Below, in pieces: positions 12,901-29,000 of a DNA stretch of 64,000 nucleotides. The DNA is from Eledone cirrhosa. Taxonomy: Eukaryota. Location: NCBI GenBank assembly GCA_964016885.1, contig OZ024744.1:30938001-31002000 (forward strand). The letters are read 5' to 3'. Under the pieces are notes generated by a model. It was not told the origin of the DNA, did not search any database, and worked only from the letters and a program-made list of their open reading frames with translations. Position 1 is the first letter of the stretch, and each line of letters begins with the position of its first letter. The position numbers and the translations under genes were made by a program.

Positions 12901-15900
12901 CCTATCTCTCATATAAACCAGGTCCAAACACAGAGGAACCAACCTCCCAATGTCACTGCCTCCGTCTCTCTCTCACACTCCCTATCTCTCATATACACCA
13001 GGTCCAAACACAGAGGAACCAACCTCCCACTGTCACTGAATCCGTCTCTCCCACTCTCTCACAATCTCTCATATACACCAGGTCGAAACACAGAGGAACC
13101 AACCTCCCACTGTCACTGCCTCCATCTCTCTCACTCTCTCCCTATCTCTCATATACACCAGGTCCAAACACAGAGGAACCAACCTCCCACTGTCACTGCC
13201 TCCGTCTCTCCCGCTCTCTCCCTATCTCTTATATACACCAGGTCTAAACACAGAGGTACCAACCTCCCACTGTCACTGACCACATCTCTCCCACTCTCTC
13301 CCTATCTCTCATATACACCAGGTCCAAACTCAGAGGAACCAACCTCCCACTGTCACTGCCTCCGTCTCTCTCACTCTCTCCCTATCTCTCATATACAACA
13401 GGTCCAAACACAGAGGAACCAACCTCCCATTGTCACTGCCTCCGTCTCTCTCAAACTCTCCCTATCTCTCATATACACCAGGTCCAAACACAGAGGAACC
13501 AACCTCCCACTGTCACTGCCTCCATCTCTCCCACTCTCTCCCTATCTCTCATACACACCAGGTCCAAACACAGAGGAACCAACCTCCCACTGTCACTGCC
13601 TCCGTCTCTCTCCTACTCTCTCCCTATCTCTCATATAAATCAGGTCCAAACACAGAGGAACCAACCTCCCACTGTCACTGCCTCCGTCTCTCCCACTCTC
13701 TCCCTATCTCTCATATACACCAAGTCTAAACACAGAGGAACCAACCTCCCACTGTCACTGCCTCCATCTCTCCCACTCTCTCCCTATCTCTCATATACAC
13801 CAGGTCCAAACACAGAGGAACCAACCTCCCACTGTCACTGCCTCTGTCTCTCTCCCACTCTCTCCCTATCTCTCATATAAATCCGGTCCAAACACAGAGG
13901 AACCAACCTGCCACTGTCACTGCCTCCGTCTCTCACACTCTCTCCCTATCTCTCATATACACCAGGTCCAAACACAGAGGATCCAACCACCCACTGTCAC
14001 TGCCTCCATCTCTCCCACTCTCTCCCTATCTCTCCTATACACCAGGGCTAAACACAGAGGAACCAACCTCCCACTGTCTCTGCCACTGTCTCTCCCACTC
14101 TCCCTATCTCTCATATACACCAGGTCTAAACACAAAGGAACCAACCTCCCACTGTCACTGCCTCCATCTCTCCCACTCTCACCCTATCTCTCATATACAC
14201 CAGGTCCAAACACAGAGGAACCAACCTCCCACTGTCACTGCCTCCATCTCTCCCACTCTCTCCCTATCTCTCATATACACCAGGTCCAAACACAGAGGAA
14301 CCAACCTCCCACTGTCACTGCCTCCGTCTCTCCCACTCTCTCCCTATCTCTCATATACACCAGGTCCAAACACAGAGGAACCAAACTCCCACTGTCACTG
14401 CCTCCGTCTCTCTCACTCTCCCTATCTCTCATATACACCAGGTAAAACACAGAGGAACCAACCTCCCACTGTCACTGCCTCCGCCTCTCCCACCCTCTCC
14501 CTATCTCTCATATACACCAGGTCTAAACACAGAGGAACCAACCACCCACTGTCACTGCCTCCGCCTCTCCCACCCTCTCCCTATCTCTCATATACACCAG
14601 GTCCAAACACAGAGGAAACAACCTCCCACTGTCACTGCCTCCATCTCACTCACTCTCTCCCTATCTCTCATATAAACCAGGTCCAAACACAGAGGAACCA
14701 ACCTCCCAATGTCACTGCCTCCGTCTCTCTCTCACACTCCCTATCTCTCATATACACTAGGTCCAAACACAGAGGAAACAACCTCCCACTGTCACTGAAT
14801 CCGTCTCTCCCACTCTCTCACAATCTCTCATATACACCAGGTCGAAACACAGAGGAACCAACCTCCCACTGTCACTGCCTCCATCTCTCTCACTCTCTCC
14901 CTATCTCTCATATAAACCAGGTCCAAACACAGAGGAACCAACCTCCCACTGTCACTGCCTCTGTCTCTCCCACTCTCTCCCTATCTCTCATATACACCAG
15001 GTCCAAACACAGAGGAACCAACCTCCCACTGTCACTGCCTCCGTCTCTCACTCTCTCCCTATCTCTCATATACACCAGGTCCAAACACAGAGGAACCAAC
15101 CTCCCACTGTCACTGCTTCCATCTCTCCCACTCTCCCTATCTCTCATATACACCAGGTTCAAACACAGAGGAACCAACCTCCCACTGTCACTGCCTCCGT
15201 CTCTCCCACTCTCTCCCTATCTCTCATATACACCAGGTCTAAACACAGAGGATCCAACCTCCCACTGTCACTGCCTACGTCTCTCTCACTCTCCCTACCT
15301 CTCATATACACCAGGTCTAAACACAGAGGAACCAACCTCCCACTGTCACTGCCTCCGTCTCTCCCACTCTCTCCCTATCTCTCATATACTCCAGGTCCAA
15401 ACACAGAGGAACCAACCTCCCACTGTCTCTGCCTACGTCTCTCCCACTCTCCCTATCTCTCATATAAATCAGGTCCAAACACAGAGGAACCAACCTCACA
15501 CTGTCACTGCCTACGTCTCTCCCACTCTCTCCCTATCTCTCATATACACCAGGTCCTAACACAGAGGAACCAACCTCCCACTGTCACTGCCTCCATCTCT
15601 CCCACTCTCTCCCTATCTCTCATATACACCAGGTCCAAACACAGAGGAACCAACCTCCCACTGTCACTGCCTCCGTCTCTCTCCCACTCTCTCCCTATCT
15701 CTCATATAAATCAGGTCCAAACACAGAGGAACCAACCTCCCACTGTCACTGCCTCCATCTCTCCCACTCTCTCCCTATCTCTCATATACACCAAGTCTAA
15801 ACACAGAGGAACCAACCTCCCACTGTCACTGCCTCCATCTCTCCCACTCTCTCCCTATCTCTCATATACACCAGGTCCAAACACAGAGGAACCAACCTCC

Positions 15901-17600
15901 CACTGTCACTGCCTCCGTCTCTCTCCCACTCTCTCCCTATCTCTCATATAAATCCGGTCCAAACACAGAGGAACCAACCTGCCACTGTCACTGCATCCAT
16001 CTCTCCCACTCTCTCCCTATCTCTCCTATACACCAGGGCCAAACACAGAGGAACCAACCTCCCATTGTCTCTGCCACTGTCTCTCCCACTCTCCCTATCT
16101 CTCATATACACCAGGTCTAAACACAAAGGAACCAACCTCCCACTGTCACTGCCTCCATCTCTCCCACTCACTCCCTATCTCGCATATACACCAGGTCTAA
16201 ACACAGAGGAACCAACCTCCCACTGTCACTGCCTCCATCTCTCCCACTCTCACCCTATCTCTCATATACACCAGGTCCAAACACAGAGGAACCAACCTCC
16301 CACTGTCACTGCCTCCATCTCTCCCACTCTCTCCCTATCTCTCATATACACCAGGTCCAAACACAGAGGAACCAACCTCCCACTGTCTCTGCCACTGTCT
16401 CTCCCACTCTCCCTATCTCTCATATACACCAGGTCTAAACACAAAGGAGCCAACCTCCCACTGTCACTGCCTCCATCTCTCCCACTCACTCCCTATCTCG
16501 CATATACACCAGGTCTAAACACAGAGGAACCAACCTCCCACTGTCACTGACACCGTCTCTCCCACTCTCTCCCTATCTCTCATATACACCAGGTCCAAAC
16601 ACAGAGGAACCAACATCCCACTGTCACTGCCTCCGTCTCTCCCACTCTCTCCCTACCTCTCATATACACCAGGTCCAAACACAGAGGAACCAACCTCCCA
16701 CTGTCACTGCCTCCGTCTCTCTCACCCTCTCCCTATCTCTGATATACACCAGGTCCAAACACAGAGGAACCAACCTCCCACTGTCACTGCCTCCGTCTCT
16801 CTCACTCTCCCTATCTCTCATATACACCAGGTCTAAACACAGAGGAACCAACCTCCCACTGTCACTGCCTCCGCCTCTCCCACCCTCTCCCTATCTCTCA
16901 TATACACCATGTCTAAACACAGAGGAACCAACCTCCCACTGTCACTGCCTCTGTCTCTCCCACTCTCTCCCTATCTCTCATATACACCAGGTCCAAACAC
17001 AGAGGAACCAACCTCCCACTGTCACTGCCTCCGTCTCTCACTCTCTCCCTATCTCTCATATACACCAGGTCCAAACACAGAGGAACCAACCTCCCACTGT
17101 CACTGCTTCCATCTCTCCCACTCTCCCAATCTCTCATATACACCAGGTTCAAACACAGAGGAACCAACCTCCCACTGTCACTGCCTCCGTCTCTCCCACT
17201 CTCTCCCTATCTCTCATATACACCAGGTCTAAACACAGAGGATCCAACCTCCCACTGACACTGCCTACGTCTCTCTCACTCTCCCTACCTCTCATATACA
17301 CCAGGTCTAAACACAGAGGAACCAACCTCCCACTGTCACTGCCTCCGTCTCTCCCACTCTATCCCTATCTCTCATATACACCAGGTCCAAACACAGAGGA
17401 ACCAACCTCCCACTGTCTCTGCCTACGTCTCTCCCACTCTCCCTATCTCTCATATAAACCAGGTCCAAACACAGAGGAACCAACCTCACACTGTCACTGC
17501 CTACGTCTCTCCCACTCTCTCCCTATCTCTCATATACACCAGGTCCTAACACAGAGGAACCAACCTCCCACTGTCACTGCCTCCATCTCTCCCACTCTCC
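10000..17600. repeat. Older block duplication, offset 4611-4781 bp (about 10.0-12.7 kb vs 14.6-17.6 kb)
   Basis: ORF offsets 10297/14908, 10706/15317, 11333/15944 = 4611; 11879/16660, 12132/16913 = 4781. Shared rare variants ATACACTAGG, TGCATCCATC, TATCTCGCAT, CTCTGATATAC, CTCCCAATCTC. Confidence 0.8.
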
Positions 17601-20099
17601 CTATCTCTCATATACACCAGGTCGAAACACAGAGGAACCAACCTCCCACTGTCACTGCCTCCATCTCTCCCACTCTCTCCCTATCTCTCATATACACCAG
17701 GTCCAAACACAGAGGAACCAACCTCCCACTGTCACTGCCTCCGTCTCTCCCGCTCTCTCCCTATCTCTTATATACACCAGGTCTAAACACAGAGGTACCA
17801 ACCTCCCACTGTCACTGACCACATCTCTCCCACTCTCTCCCTATCTCTCATATACACCAGGTCCAAACTCAGAGGAACCAACCTCCCACTGTCACTGCCT
17901 CCGTCTCTCTCACTCTCTCCCTATCTCTCATATACAACAGGTCCAAACACAGAGGAACCAACCTCCCATTGTCACTGCCTCCATCTCTCTCCCACTCTAC
18001 CTATCTCTCATATACACCAGGTCCAAACACAGAGGAACCAACCTCCCACTGTCACTGCCTCCGTCTCTCCCACTCTCTCCCTATCTCTCATATACACCAG
18101 GTCCAAACACAGAGGAACCAAACTCCCACTGTCACTGCCTCCGTCTCTCTCCCACTCCCTCCCTATCTCTCATATAAATCAGGTCCAAACACAGAGGAAC
18201 CAACCTCCCACTGTCACTGCCTCCGTCTCTCCCACTCTCTCCCTATCTCTCATATACACCAAGTCTAAACACAGAGGAACCAACCTCCCACTGTCACTGG
18301 CTCCATCTCTCCCACTCTCTCCCTATCTCTCATATACACCAGGTCCAAACACAGAGGAACCAACCTCCCACTGTCACTGCCTCCGTCTCTCTCCCACTCT
18401 CTCCCTATCTCTCATATAAATCCGGTCCAAACACAGAGGAACCAACCTCCCACTGTCACTGCCTCCGTCTCTCTCCCACTCTCTCCCTATCTCTCATATA
18501 AATCCGGTCCAAACACAGAGGAACCAACCTCCCACTGTCACTGCCTCCGTCTCTCCCACTCTCTCCCTATCTCTCATATACACCAGGTCCAAACACAGGG
18601 GATCCAACCACCCACTGTCACTGCCTCCATCTCTCCCACTCTCTCCCTATCTCTCCTATACACCAGGGCCAAACACAGAGGAACCAACCTCCCACTGTCT
18701 CTGCCACTGTCTCTCCCACTCTCCCTATCTCTCATATACACCAGGTCTAAACACAAAGGAACCAACCTCCCACTGTCACTGCCTCCATCTCTCCCACTCA
18801 CTCCCTATCTCTCAAATACACCAGGTCTAAACACAGAGGAACCAACCTCCCACTGTCACTGCCTCCATCTCTCCCACTCTCACCCTATCTCTCATATACA
18901 CCAGGTCCAAACACAGAGGAACCAACCTCCCACTGTCACTGCCTCCATCTCTCCCACTCTCTCCCTATCTCTCATATACACCAGGTCCAAACACAGAGGA
19001 ACCAACCTCCCACTGTCACTGCCTACGTCTCTCCCACTCTCACCCTATCTCTCATATACACCAGGTCTAAACACAGAGGAACCAACCTCCCACTGTCACT
19101 GACACCGTCTCTCCCACTCTCTCCCTATCTCTCATATACACCAGGTCCAAACACAGAGGAACCAACATCCCACTGTCACTGCCTCCGTCTCTCCCGCTCT
19201 CTCCCTACCTCTCATATACACCAGGTCCAAACACAGAGGAACCAACCTCCCACTGTCACTGCCTCCGTCTCTCTCACTCTCTCCCTATCTCTCATATACA
19301 CCAGGTCCAAACACAGAGGAACCAACCTCCCACTGTCACTGCCTCCGTCTCTTTCACTCTCCCTATCTCTCATATACACCAGGTCTAAACACAGAGGAAC
19401 CAACCTCCCACTGTCAATGCCTCCGCCTCTCCCACCCTCTCCCTATCTCTCATATACACCAGGTCTAAACACAGAGGAACCAACCTCCCACTGTCACTGC
19501 CTCCGCCTCTCCCACCCTCTCCCTATCTCTCATATACACCAGGTCTAAACACAGAGGAACCAAACTCCCACTGTCACTGCCTCCGTCTCTCCCACTCTCT
19601 CCCTCTCTCTCATATACACCAGGTCCAAACACAGAGGAACCAACCTCCCACTGTCACTGCCACCATCTCTCCCACTCTCTCCCTATCTCTCATATACACC
19701 AGGTCCAAACACAGAGGAAACAACCTCCCACTGTCACTGCCTCCATCTCACTCACTCTCTCCCTATCTCTCATATAAACCAGGTCCAAACACAGAGGAAC
19801 CAACCTCCCAATGTCACTGCCTCCGTCTCTCTCTCACACTCCCTATCTCTCATATACACCAGGTCCAAACACAGAGGAACCAACCTCCCACTGTCACTGA
19901 ATCCGTCTCTCCCACTCTCTCCCTATCTCTCATATACACCAGGTCCAATCACAGAGGAACCAACCTCCCACTGTCACTGCCTACGTCTCTCCCACTCTCC
20001 CTATCTCTCATATAAACCAGGTCCAAACACAGAGGAACCAACCTCACACTGTCACTGCCTACGTCTCTCCCACTCTCTCCCTATCTCTCATATACACCA

Positions 20100-23000
20100 G
20101 GTCCTAACACAGAGGAACCAACCTCCCACTGTCACTGCCTCCATCTCTCCCACTCTCCCTATCTCTCACATACACCAGGTCGAAACACAGAGGAACCAAC
20201 CTCCCACTGTCACTGCCTCCATCTCTCCCACTCTCACCCTATCTCTCATATACACCAGGTCCAAACACAGAGGAATCAACCTCCCACTGTCACTGCCTCC
20301 ATCTCTCCCACTCTCTCCCTATCTCTCATATACACCAGGTCCAAACACAGAGGAACCAACCTCCCACTGTCACTGCCTACGTCTCTCCCACTCTCACCCT
20401 ATCTCTCATATACACCAGGTCTAAACACAGAGGAACCAACCTCCCACTGTCACTGCCTCCGTCTCTCCCACTCTCTCCCTATCTCTCATATACACCAGGT
20501 CCAAACACAGACGAACCAACCTCCCACTGTCACTGCCTACGTCTCTCCCACTCTCACCCTATCTCTCATATACACCAGGTCTAAACACAGAGGAACCAAC
20601 CTCCCACTGTCAATGACACCTTCTCTCCCACTCTCTCACTATCTCTCATATACACCAGGTCCAAACACAGAGGAACCAACATCCCACTGTCACTGCCTCC
20701 GTCTCACCCACTCTCTCCCTACCTCTCATATACACCAGGTCCAAACACAGAGGAACCAACCTCCCACTGTCACTGCCTCCGTCTCTCTCACTCTCTCCCT
20801 ATCTCTCATATACACCAGGTCCAAACACAGAGGAACCAACCTCCCACTGTCACTGCCTCCGTCTCTTTCACTCTCCCTATCTCTCATATACACCAGGTCT
20901 AAACACAGAGGAACCAACCTCCCACTGTCACTGCCTCCGCCTCTCCCACCCTCTCCCTATCTCTCATATACACCAGGTCTAAACACAGAGGAACCAACCT
21001 CCCACTGTCACTGCCACTGTCTCTCCTACTCTCCCTATCTCTCATATACACCAGGTCTAAACACAAAGGAACCAACCTCCCACTGTCACTGCCTCCATCT
21101 CTCCCACTCACTCCCTATCTCTCATATACACCAGGTCTAAACACAGAGGAACCAACCTCCCACTGTCACTGCCTCCATCTCTCCCACTCTCACCCTATCT
21201 CTCATATACACCAGGTCCAAACATAGAGGAACCAACCTCCCACTGTCACTGCCTCCATCTCTCCCACTCTCTCCCTATCTCTCATATACACCAGGTCCAA
21301 ACACAGAGGAACCAACCTCCCACTGTCACTGCCTACGTCTCTCCCACTCTCACCCTATCTCTCATATACACCAGGTCTAAACACAGAGGAACCAACCTCC
21401 CACTGTCACTGACACCGTCTCTCCCACTCTCTCCCTATCTCTCATATACACCAGGTCCAAACACAGAGGAACCAACATCCCACTGTCACTGCCTCCGTCC
21501 CTCCCACTCTCTCCCTACCTCTCATATACACCAGGTCCAAACACAGAGGAACCAACCTCCCACTGTCACTGCCTCCGTCTCTCTCACTCTCTCCCTATCT
21601 CTCATATACACCAGGTCCAAACACAGAGGAACCAACCTCCCACTGTCACTGCCTCCATCTCTCTCACTCTCCCTATCTCTCATATACACCAGGTCTAAAC
21701 ACAGAGGAACCAACCTCCCACTGTCACTGCCTCCGCCTCTCCCACCCTCTCCCTATCTCTCATATACACCAGGTTTAAACACAGAGGAACCAACCTCCCA
21801 CTGTCACTGCCTCCGCCTCTCCCACCCTCTCCCTATCTCTCATATACACCAGGTCTAAACACAGAGGAACCAACCTCCCACTGTCACTGCCTCCGTCTCT
21901 CTCCCACTCTCTCCCTATCTCTCATATACACCAGGTCCAAACACAGAGGAACCAACCTCCCACTGTCACTGCCTCCGTCTCTCTCACTCTCCCTATCTCT
22001 CATATACACCAGGTCTAAACACAGAGGAACCAACCTCCCACTGTCACTGCCTCCGCCTCTCCCACCCTCTCCCTATCTCTCATATACACCAGGTCTAAAC
22101 ACAGAGGAACCAACCTCCCACTGTCACTGCCTCCGCCTCTCCCACCCTCTCCCTATCTCTCATATACACCAGGTCTAAACACAGAGGAACCAACCTCCCA
22201 CTGTCACTGCCTGCTTCTCTCTCACTCTCCCTATCTCTCATATACACCAGGTCCAAACACAGAGGAACCAACCTCCCACTGTCACTGCCTCCGTCTCTCC
22301 CACTCTCTCCCTATCTCTCATATACACCAGGTCCAAACACAGAGGAACCAACCTCCCACTGTCACTGCCTCCGTCTCTCCCACTCTCTCCCTATCTCTCA
22401 TATACACCAAGTCCAAACACAGAGGAACCAACCTCCCACTGTCACTGCCTCCGTCTCTCTCACACTCCCTATCTCTCATATACACCAGGTCTAAACACAG
22501 AGGAACCAACCTCCCACTGTCACTGCCTCCGTCTCTCTCACTCTCTCCCTATCTCTCATATACACCAGGTCTAAACAGAAAGGAACCAACCTCCCACTGT
22601 CACTGCCTCCATCTCTCCCACTCACTCCCTATCTCTCATATACACCAGGTCTAAACACAGAGGAACCAACCTCCCACTGTCACTGCCTCCATCTCTCCCA
22701 CTCTCACCCTATCTCTCATATACACCAGGTCCAAACACAGAGGAACCAACCTCCCACTGTCACTGCCTCCATCTCTCCCACTCTCTACCTATCTCTCATA
22801 TACACCAGGTCCAAACACAGAGGAACCAACCTCCCACTGTCACTGCCTACGTCTCTCCCACTCTCACCCTATCTCTCATATACACCAGGTCCAAACACAG
22901 AGGAACCAACCTCCCACTGTCACTGCCTCCATCTCTCTCACTCTCCCTATCTCTCATATAAACCAGGTCTAAACACAGAGGAACCAACCTCCCACTGTCA

Positions 23001-26000
23001 CTGCCTCCGCCTCTCCCACTCTCTCCCTATCTCTCATATACACCAGGTCTAAACACAGAGGAACCAACCTCCCACTGTCACTGCCTCCGCCTCTCCCACC
23101 CTCTCCCTATCTCTCATATACACCAGGTCTAAACACAGAGGAACCAACCTCCCACTGTCACTGCCTCCGTCTCTCTCACTCTCTCCCTATCTCTCATATA
23201 CACCAGGTCCAAACACAGAGGAACCAACCTCCCACTGTCACTGCCTCCGTCTCTTTCACTCTCCCTATCTCTCATATACACCAGGTCTAAACACAGAGGA
23301 ACCAACCTCCCACTGTCACTGCCTCCGCCTCTCCCACCCTCTCCCTATCTCTCATATACACCAGGTCTAAACACAGAGGAACCAACCTCCCACTGTCACT
23401 GCCACTGTCTCTCCTACTCTCCCTATCTCTCATATACACCAGGTCTAAACACAAAGGAACCAACCTCCCACTGTCACTGCCTCCATCTCTCCCACTCACT
23501 CCCTATCTCTCATATACACCAGGTCTAAACACAGAGGAACCAACCTCCCACTGTCACTGCCTCCATCTCTACCACTCTCACCCTATCTCTCATATACACC
23601 AGGTCCAAACATAGAGGAACCAACCTCCCACTGTCACTGCCTCCATCTCTCCCACTCTCTCCCTATCTCTCATATACACCAGGTCCAAACACAGAGGAAC
23701 CAACCTCCCACTGTCACTGCCTACGTCTCTCCCACTCTCACCCTATCTCTCATATACACCAGGTCTAAACACAGAGGAACCAACCTCCCACTGTCACTGA
23801 CACCGTCTCTCCCACTCTCTCCCTATCTCTCATATACACCAGGTCCAAACACAGAGGAACCAACATCCCACTGTCACTGCCTCCGTCTCTCCCACTCTCT
23901 CCCTACCTCTCATATACACCAGGTCCAAACACAGAGGAACCAACCTCCCACTGTCACTGCCTCCGTCTCTCTCACTCTCTCCCTATCTCTCATATACACC
24001 AGGTCCAAACACAGAGGAACCAACCTCCCACTGTCACTGCCTCCATCTCTCTCACTCTCCCTATCTCTCATATACACCAGGTCTAAACACAGAGGAACCA
24101 ACCTCCCACTGTCACTGCCTCCGCCTCTCCCACCCTCTCCCTATCTCTCATATACACCAGGTCTAAACACAGAGGAACCAACCTCCCACTGTCACTGCCT
24201 CCGCCTCTCCCACCCTCTCCCTATCTCTCATATACACCAGGTCTAAACACAGAGGAACCAACCTCCCACTGTCACTGCCTCCGTCTCTCTCACTCTCCCT
24301 ATCTCTCATATACACCAGGTCCAAACACAGAGGTACCAACCTCCCACTGTCACTGCCTCCGTCTCTCCCACTCTCTCCCTATCTCTCATATACACCAGGT
24401 CTAAACACAGAGGAACCAACCTCCCACTGTCACTGCCTGCTTCTCTCTCACTCTCCCTATCTCTCATATACACCAGGTCCAAACACAGAGGAACCAACCT
24501 CCCACTGTCACTGCCTCCGTCTCTCCCACTCTCTCCCTATCTCTCATATACACCAGGTCTAAACACAAAGGAACCAACCTCCCACTGTCACTGCCTCCAT
24601 CTCTCCCACTCACTCCCTATCTCTCATATACACCAGGTCTAAACACAGAGGAACCAACCTCCCACTGTCACTGCCTCCATCTCTCCCACTCTCACCCTAT
24701 CTCTCATATACACCAGGTCCAAACACAGAGGAACCAACCTCCCACTGTCACTGCCTCCATCTCTCCCACTCTCTACCTATCTCTCATATACACCAGGTCC
24801 AAACACAGAGGAACCAACCTCCCACTGTCACTGCCTACGTCTCTCCCACTCTCACCCTATCTCTCATATACACCAGGTCCAAACACAGAGGAACCAACCT
24901 CCCACTGTCACTGCCTCCATCTCTCTCACTCTCCCTATCTCTCATATACACCAGGTCTAAACACAGAGGAACCAACCTCCCACTGTCACTGCCTCCGCCT
25001 CTCCCACTCTCTCCCTATCTCTCATATACACCAGGTCTAAACACAGAGGAACCAACCTCCCACTGTCACTGCCTCCGCCTCTCCCACCCTCACCCTATCT
25101 CTCATATACACCAGGTCTAAACACAGAGGAACCAACCTCCCACTGTCACTGCCTCCGTCTCTCTCACTCTCTCCCTATCTCTCATATACACCAGGTCCAA
25201 ACACAGAGGAACCAACCTCCCACTGTCACTGCCTCCGTCTCTTTCACTCTCCCTATCTCTCATATACACCAGGTCTAAACACAGAGGAACCAACCTCCCA
25301 CTGTCACTGCCTCCGCCTCTCCCACCCTCTCCCTATCTCTCATATACACCAGGTCTAAACACAGAGGAACCAACCTCCCACTGTCACTGCCACTGTCTCT
25401 CCTACTCTCCCTATCTCTCATATACACCAGGTCTAAACACAAAGGAACCAACCTCCCACTGTCACTGCCTCCATCTCTCCCACTCACTCCCTATCTCTCA
25501 TATACACCAGGTCTAAACACAGAGGAACCAACCTCCCACTGTCACTGCCTCCATCTCTCCCACTCTCACCCTATCTCTCATATACACCAGGTCCAAACAT
25601 AGAGGAACCAACCTCCCACTGTCACTGCCTCCATCTCTCCCACTCTCTCCCTATCTCTCATATACACCAGGTCCAAACACAGAGGAACCAACCTCCCACT
25701 GTCACTGCCTACGTCTCTCCCACTCTCACCCTATCTCTCATATACACCAGGTCTAAACACAGAGGAACCAACCTCCCACTGTCACTGACACCGTCTCTCC
25801 CACTCTCTCCCTATCTCTCATATACACCAGGTCCAAACACAGAGGAACCAACATCCCACTGTCACTGCCTCCGTCTCTCCCACTCTCTCCCTACCTCTCA
25901 TATACACCAGGTCCAAACACAGAGGAACCAACCTCCCACTGTCACTGCCTCCGTCTCTCTCACTCTCTCCCTATCTCTCATATACACCAGGTCCAAACAC

Positions 26001-29000
26001 AGAGGAACCAACCTCCCACTGTCACTGCCTCCATCTCTCTCACTCTCCCTATCTCTCATATACACCAGGTCTAAACACAGAGGAACCAACCTCCCACTGT
26101 CACTGCCTCCGCCTCTCCCACCCTCTCCCTATCTCTCATATACACCAGGTCTAAACACAGAGGAACCAACCTCCCACTGTCACTGCCTCCGCCTCTCCCG
26201 CCCTCTCCCTATCTCTCATATACACCAGGTCTAAACACAGAGGAACCAACCTCCCACTGTCACTGCCTCCGTCTCTCTCCCACTCTCTCCCTATCTCTCA
26301 TATACACCAGGTCCAAACACAGAGGAACCAACCTCCCACTGTCACTGCCTCCGTCTCTCTCACTCTCCCTATCTCTCATATACACCAGGTCTAAACACAG
26401 AGGAACCAACCTCCCACTGTCACTGCCTCCGCCTCTCCCACCCTCTCCCTATCTCTCATATACACCAGGTCTAAACACAGAGGAACCAACCTCCCACTGT
26501 CACTGCCTCCGCCTCTCCCACCCTCTCCCTATCTCTCATATACACCAGGTCTAAACACAGAGGAACCAACCTCCCACTGTCACTGCCTCCGTCTCTCTCA
26601 CTCTCCCTATCTCTCATATACACCAGGTCCAAACACAGAGGTACCAACCTCCCACTGTCACTGCCTCCGTCTCTCCCACTCTCTCCCTATCTCTCATATA
26701 CACCAGGTCTAAACACAGAGGAACCAACCTCCCACTGTCACTGCCTGCTTCTCTCTCACTCTCCCTATCTCTCATATACACCAGGTCCAAACACAGAGGA
26801 ACCAACCTCCCACTGTCACTGCCTCCGTCTCTCCCACTCTCTCCCTATCTCTCATATACACCAGGTCCAAACACAGAGGAACCAACCTCCCACTGTCACT
26901 GCCTCCGTCTCTCTCACTCTCCCTATCTCTCATATACACCAGGTCCAAACACAGAGGAACCAACCTCCAACTGTCACTGCCTCCGTCTCTCCCACTCTCT
27001 CCCTATCTCTCATATACACCAAGTCCAAACACAGAGGAACCAACCTCCCACTGTCACTGCCTCCGTCTCTCTCACACTCCCTATCTCTCATATACACCAG
27101 GTCTAAACACAGAGGAACCAACCTCCCACTGTCACTACCTCCGTCTCTCTCACTCTCTACCTATCTCTCATATACACCAGGTCTAAACACAAAGGAACCA
27201 ACCTCCCACTGTCACTGCCTCCATCTCTCCCACTCACTCCCTATCTCTCATATACACCAGGTCCAAACACAGAGGAACCAACCTCCCACTGTCACTGCCT
27301 ACGTCTCTCCCACTCTCACCCTATCTCTCATATACACCAGGTCCAAACACAGAGGAACCAACCTCCCACTGTCACTGCCTCCATCTCTCTCACTCTCCCT
27401 ATCTCTCATATACACCAGGTCTAAACACAGAGGAACCAACCTCCCACTATCACTGCCTCCTCCTCTCCCACTCTCTCCCTATCTCTCATATACACCAGGT
27501 CTAAACACAGAGGAACCAACCTCCCACTGTCACTGCCTCCGCCTCTCTCACCCTCTCCCTATCTCTCATATACACCAGGTCTAAACACAGAGGAACCAAC
27601 CTCCCACTGTCACTGCCTCCGTCTCTCTCCCACTCTCTCCCTATCTCTCATATACACCAGGTCCAAACACAGAGGAACCAACCTCCCACTGTCACTGCCT
27701 GCTTCTCTCTCACTCTCCCTATCTCTCATATACACCAGGTCCAAACACAGAGGAACCAACCTCCCACTGTCACTGCCTCCGTCTCTCCCACTCTCTCCCT
27801 ATCTCTCATATACACCAGGTCCAAACACAGAGGAACCAACCTCCCACTGTCACTGCCTCCGTCTCTCTCACTCTCCCTATCTCTCATATACACCAGGTCC
27901 AAACACAGAGGAACCAACCTCCCACTGTCACTGCCTCCGTCTCTCCCACTCTCTCCCTATCTCTCATATACACCAAGTCCAAACACAGAGGAACCAACCT
28001 CCCACTGTCACTGCCTCCGTCTCTCTCACACTCCCTATCTCTCATATACACCAGGTCTAAACACAGAGGAACCAACCTCCCACTGTCACTGCCTCCGTCT
28101 CTCTCACTCTCTCCCTATCTCTCATATACACCAGGTCTAAACACAAAGGAACCAACCTCCCACTGTCACTGCCTCCATCTCTCCCACTCACTCCCTATCT
28201 CTCATATACACCAGGTCTAAACACAGAGGAACCAACCTCCCACTGTCACTGCCTCCATCTCTCCCACTCTCACCCTATCTCTCATATACACCAGGTCCAA
28301 ACACAGAGGAACCAACCTCCCACTGTCACTGCCTCCATCTCTCCCACTCTCTACCTATCTCTCATATACACCAGGTCCAAACACAGAGGAACCAACCTCC
28401 CACTGTCACTGCCTACGTCTCTCCCACTCTCACCCTATCTCTCATATACACCAGGTCCAAACACAGAGGAACCAACCTCCCACTGTCACTGCCTCCATCT
28501 CTCTCACTCTCCCTATCTCTCATATAAACCAGGTCTAAACACAGAGGAACCAACCTCCCACTGTCACTGCCTCCGCCTCTCCCACTCTCTCCCTATCTCT
28601 CATATACACCAGGTCTAAACACAGAGGAACCAACCTCCCACTGTCACTGCCTCCGCCTCTCCCACCCTCTCCCTATCTCTCATATACACCAGGTCTAAAC
28701 ACAGAGGAACCAACCTCCCACTGTCACTGCCTCCGTCTCTCTCACTCTCTCCCTATCTCTCATATACACCAGGTCCAAACACAGAGGAACCAACCTCCCA
28801 CTGTCACTGCCTCCGTCTCTTTCACTCTCCCTATCTCTCATATACACCAGGTCTAAACACAGAGGAACCAACCTCCCACTGTCACTGCCTCCGCCTCTCC
28901 CACCCTCTCCCTATCTCTCATATACACCAGGTCTAAACACAGAGGAACCAACCTCCCACTGTCACTGCCACTGTCTCTCCTACTCTCCCTATCTCTCATA

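Larger units (their letters stand above)
1..20100. repeat. Satellite sub-domain A (patchwork of reshuffled multi-monomer blocks)
   Basis: Recurrent diagnostic variants: GTCACTGAATCC...ACAATC (1212, 5382, 13032), GAGGTACC followed by GACCAC, AAACTCAG, AACCTCACAC, ATAAATCCGG, CCTATACACCAGGGC. These linked variant runs stop after ~20.1 kb, although some single variants recur later. Confidence 0.7.
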
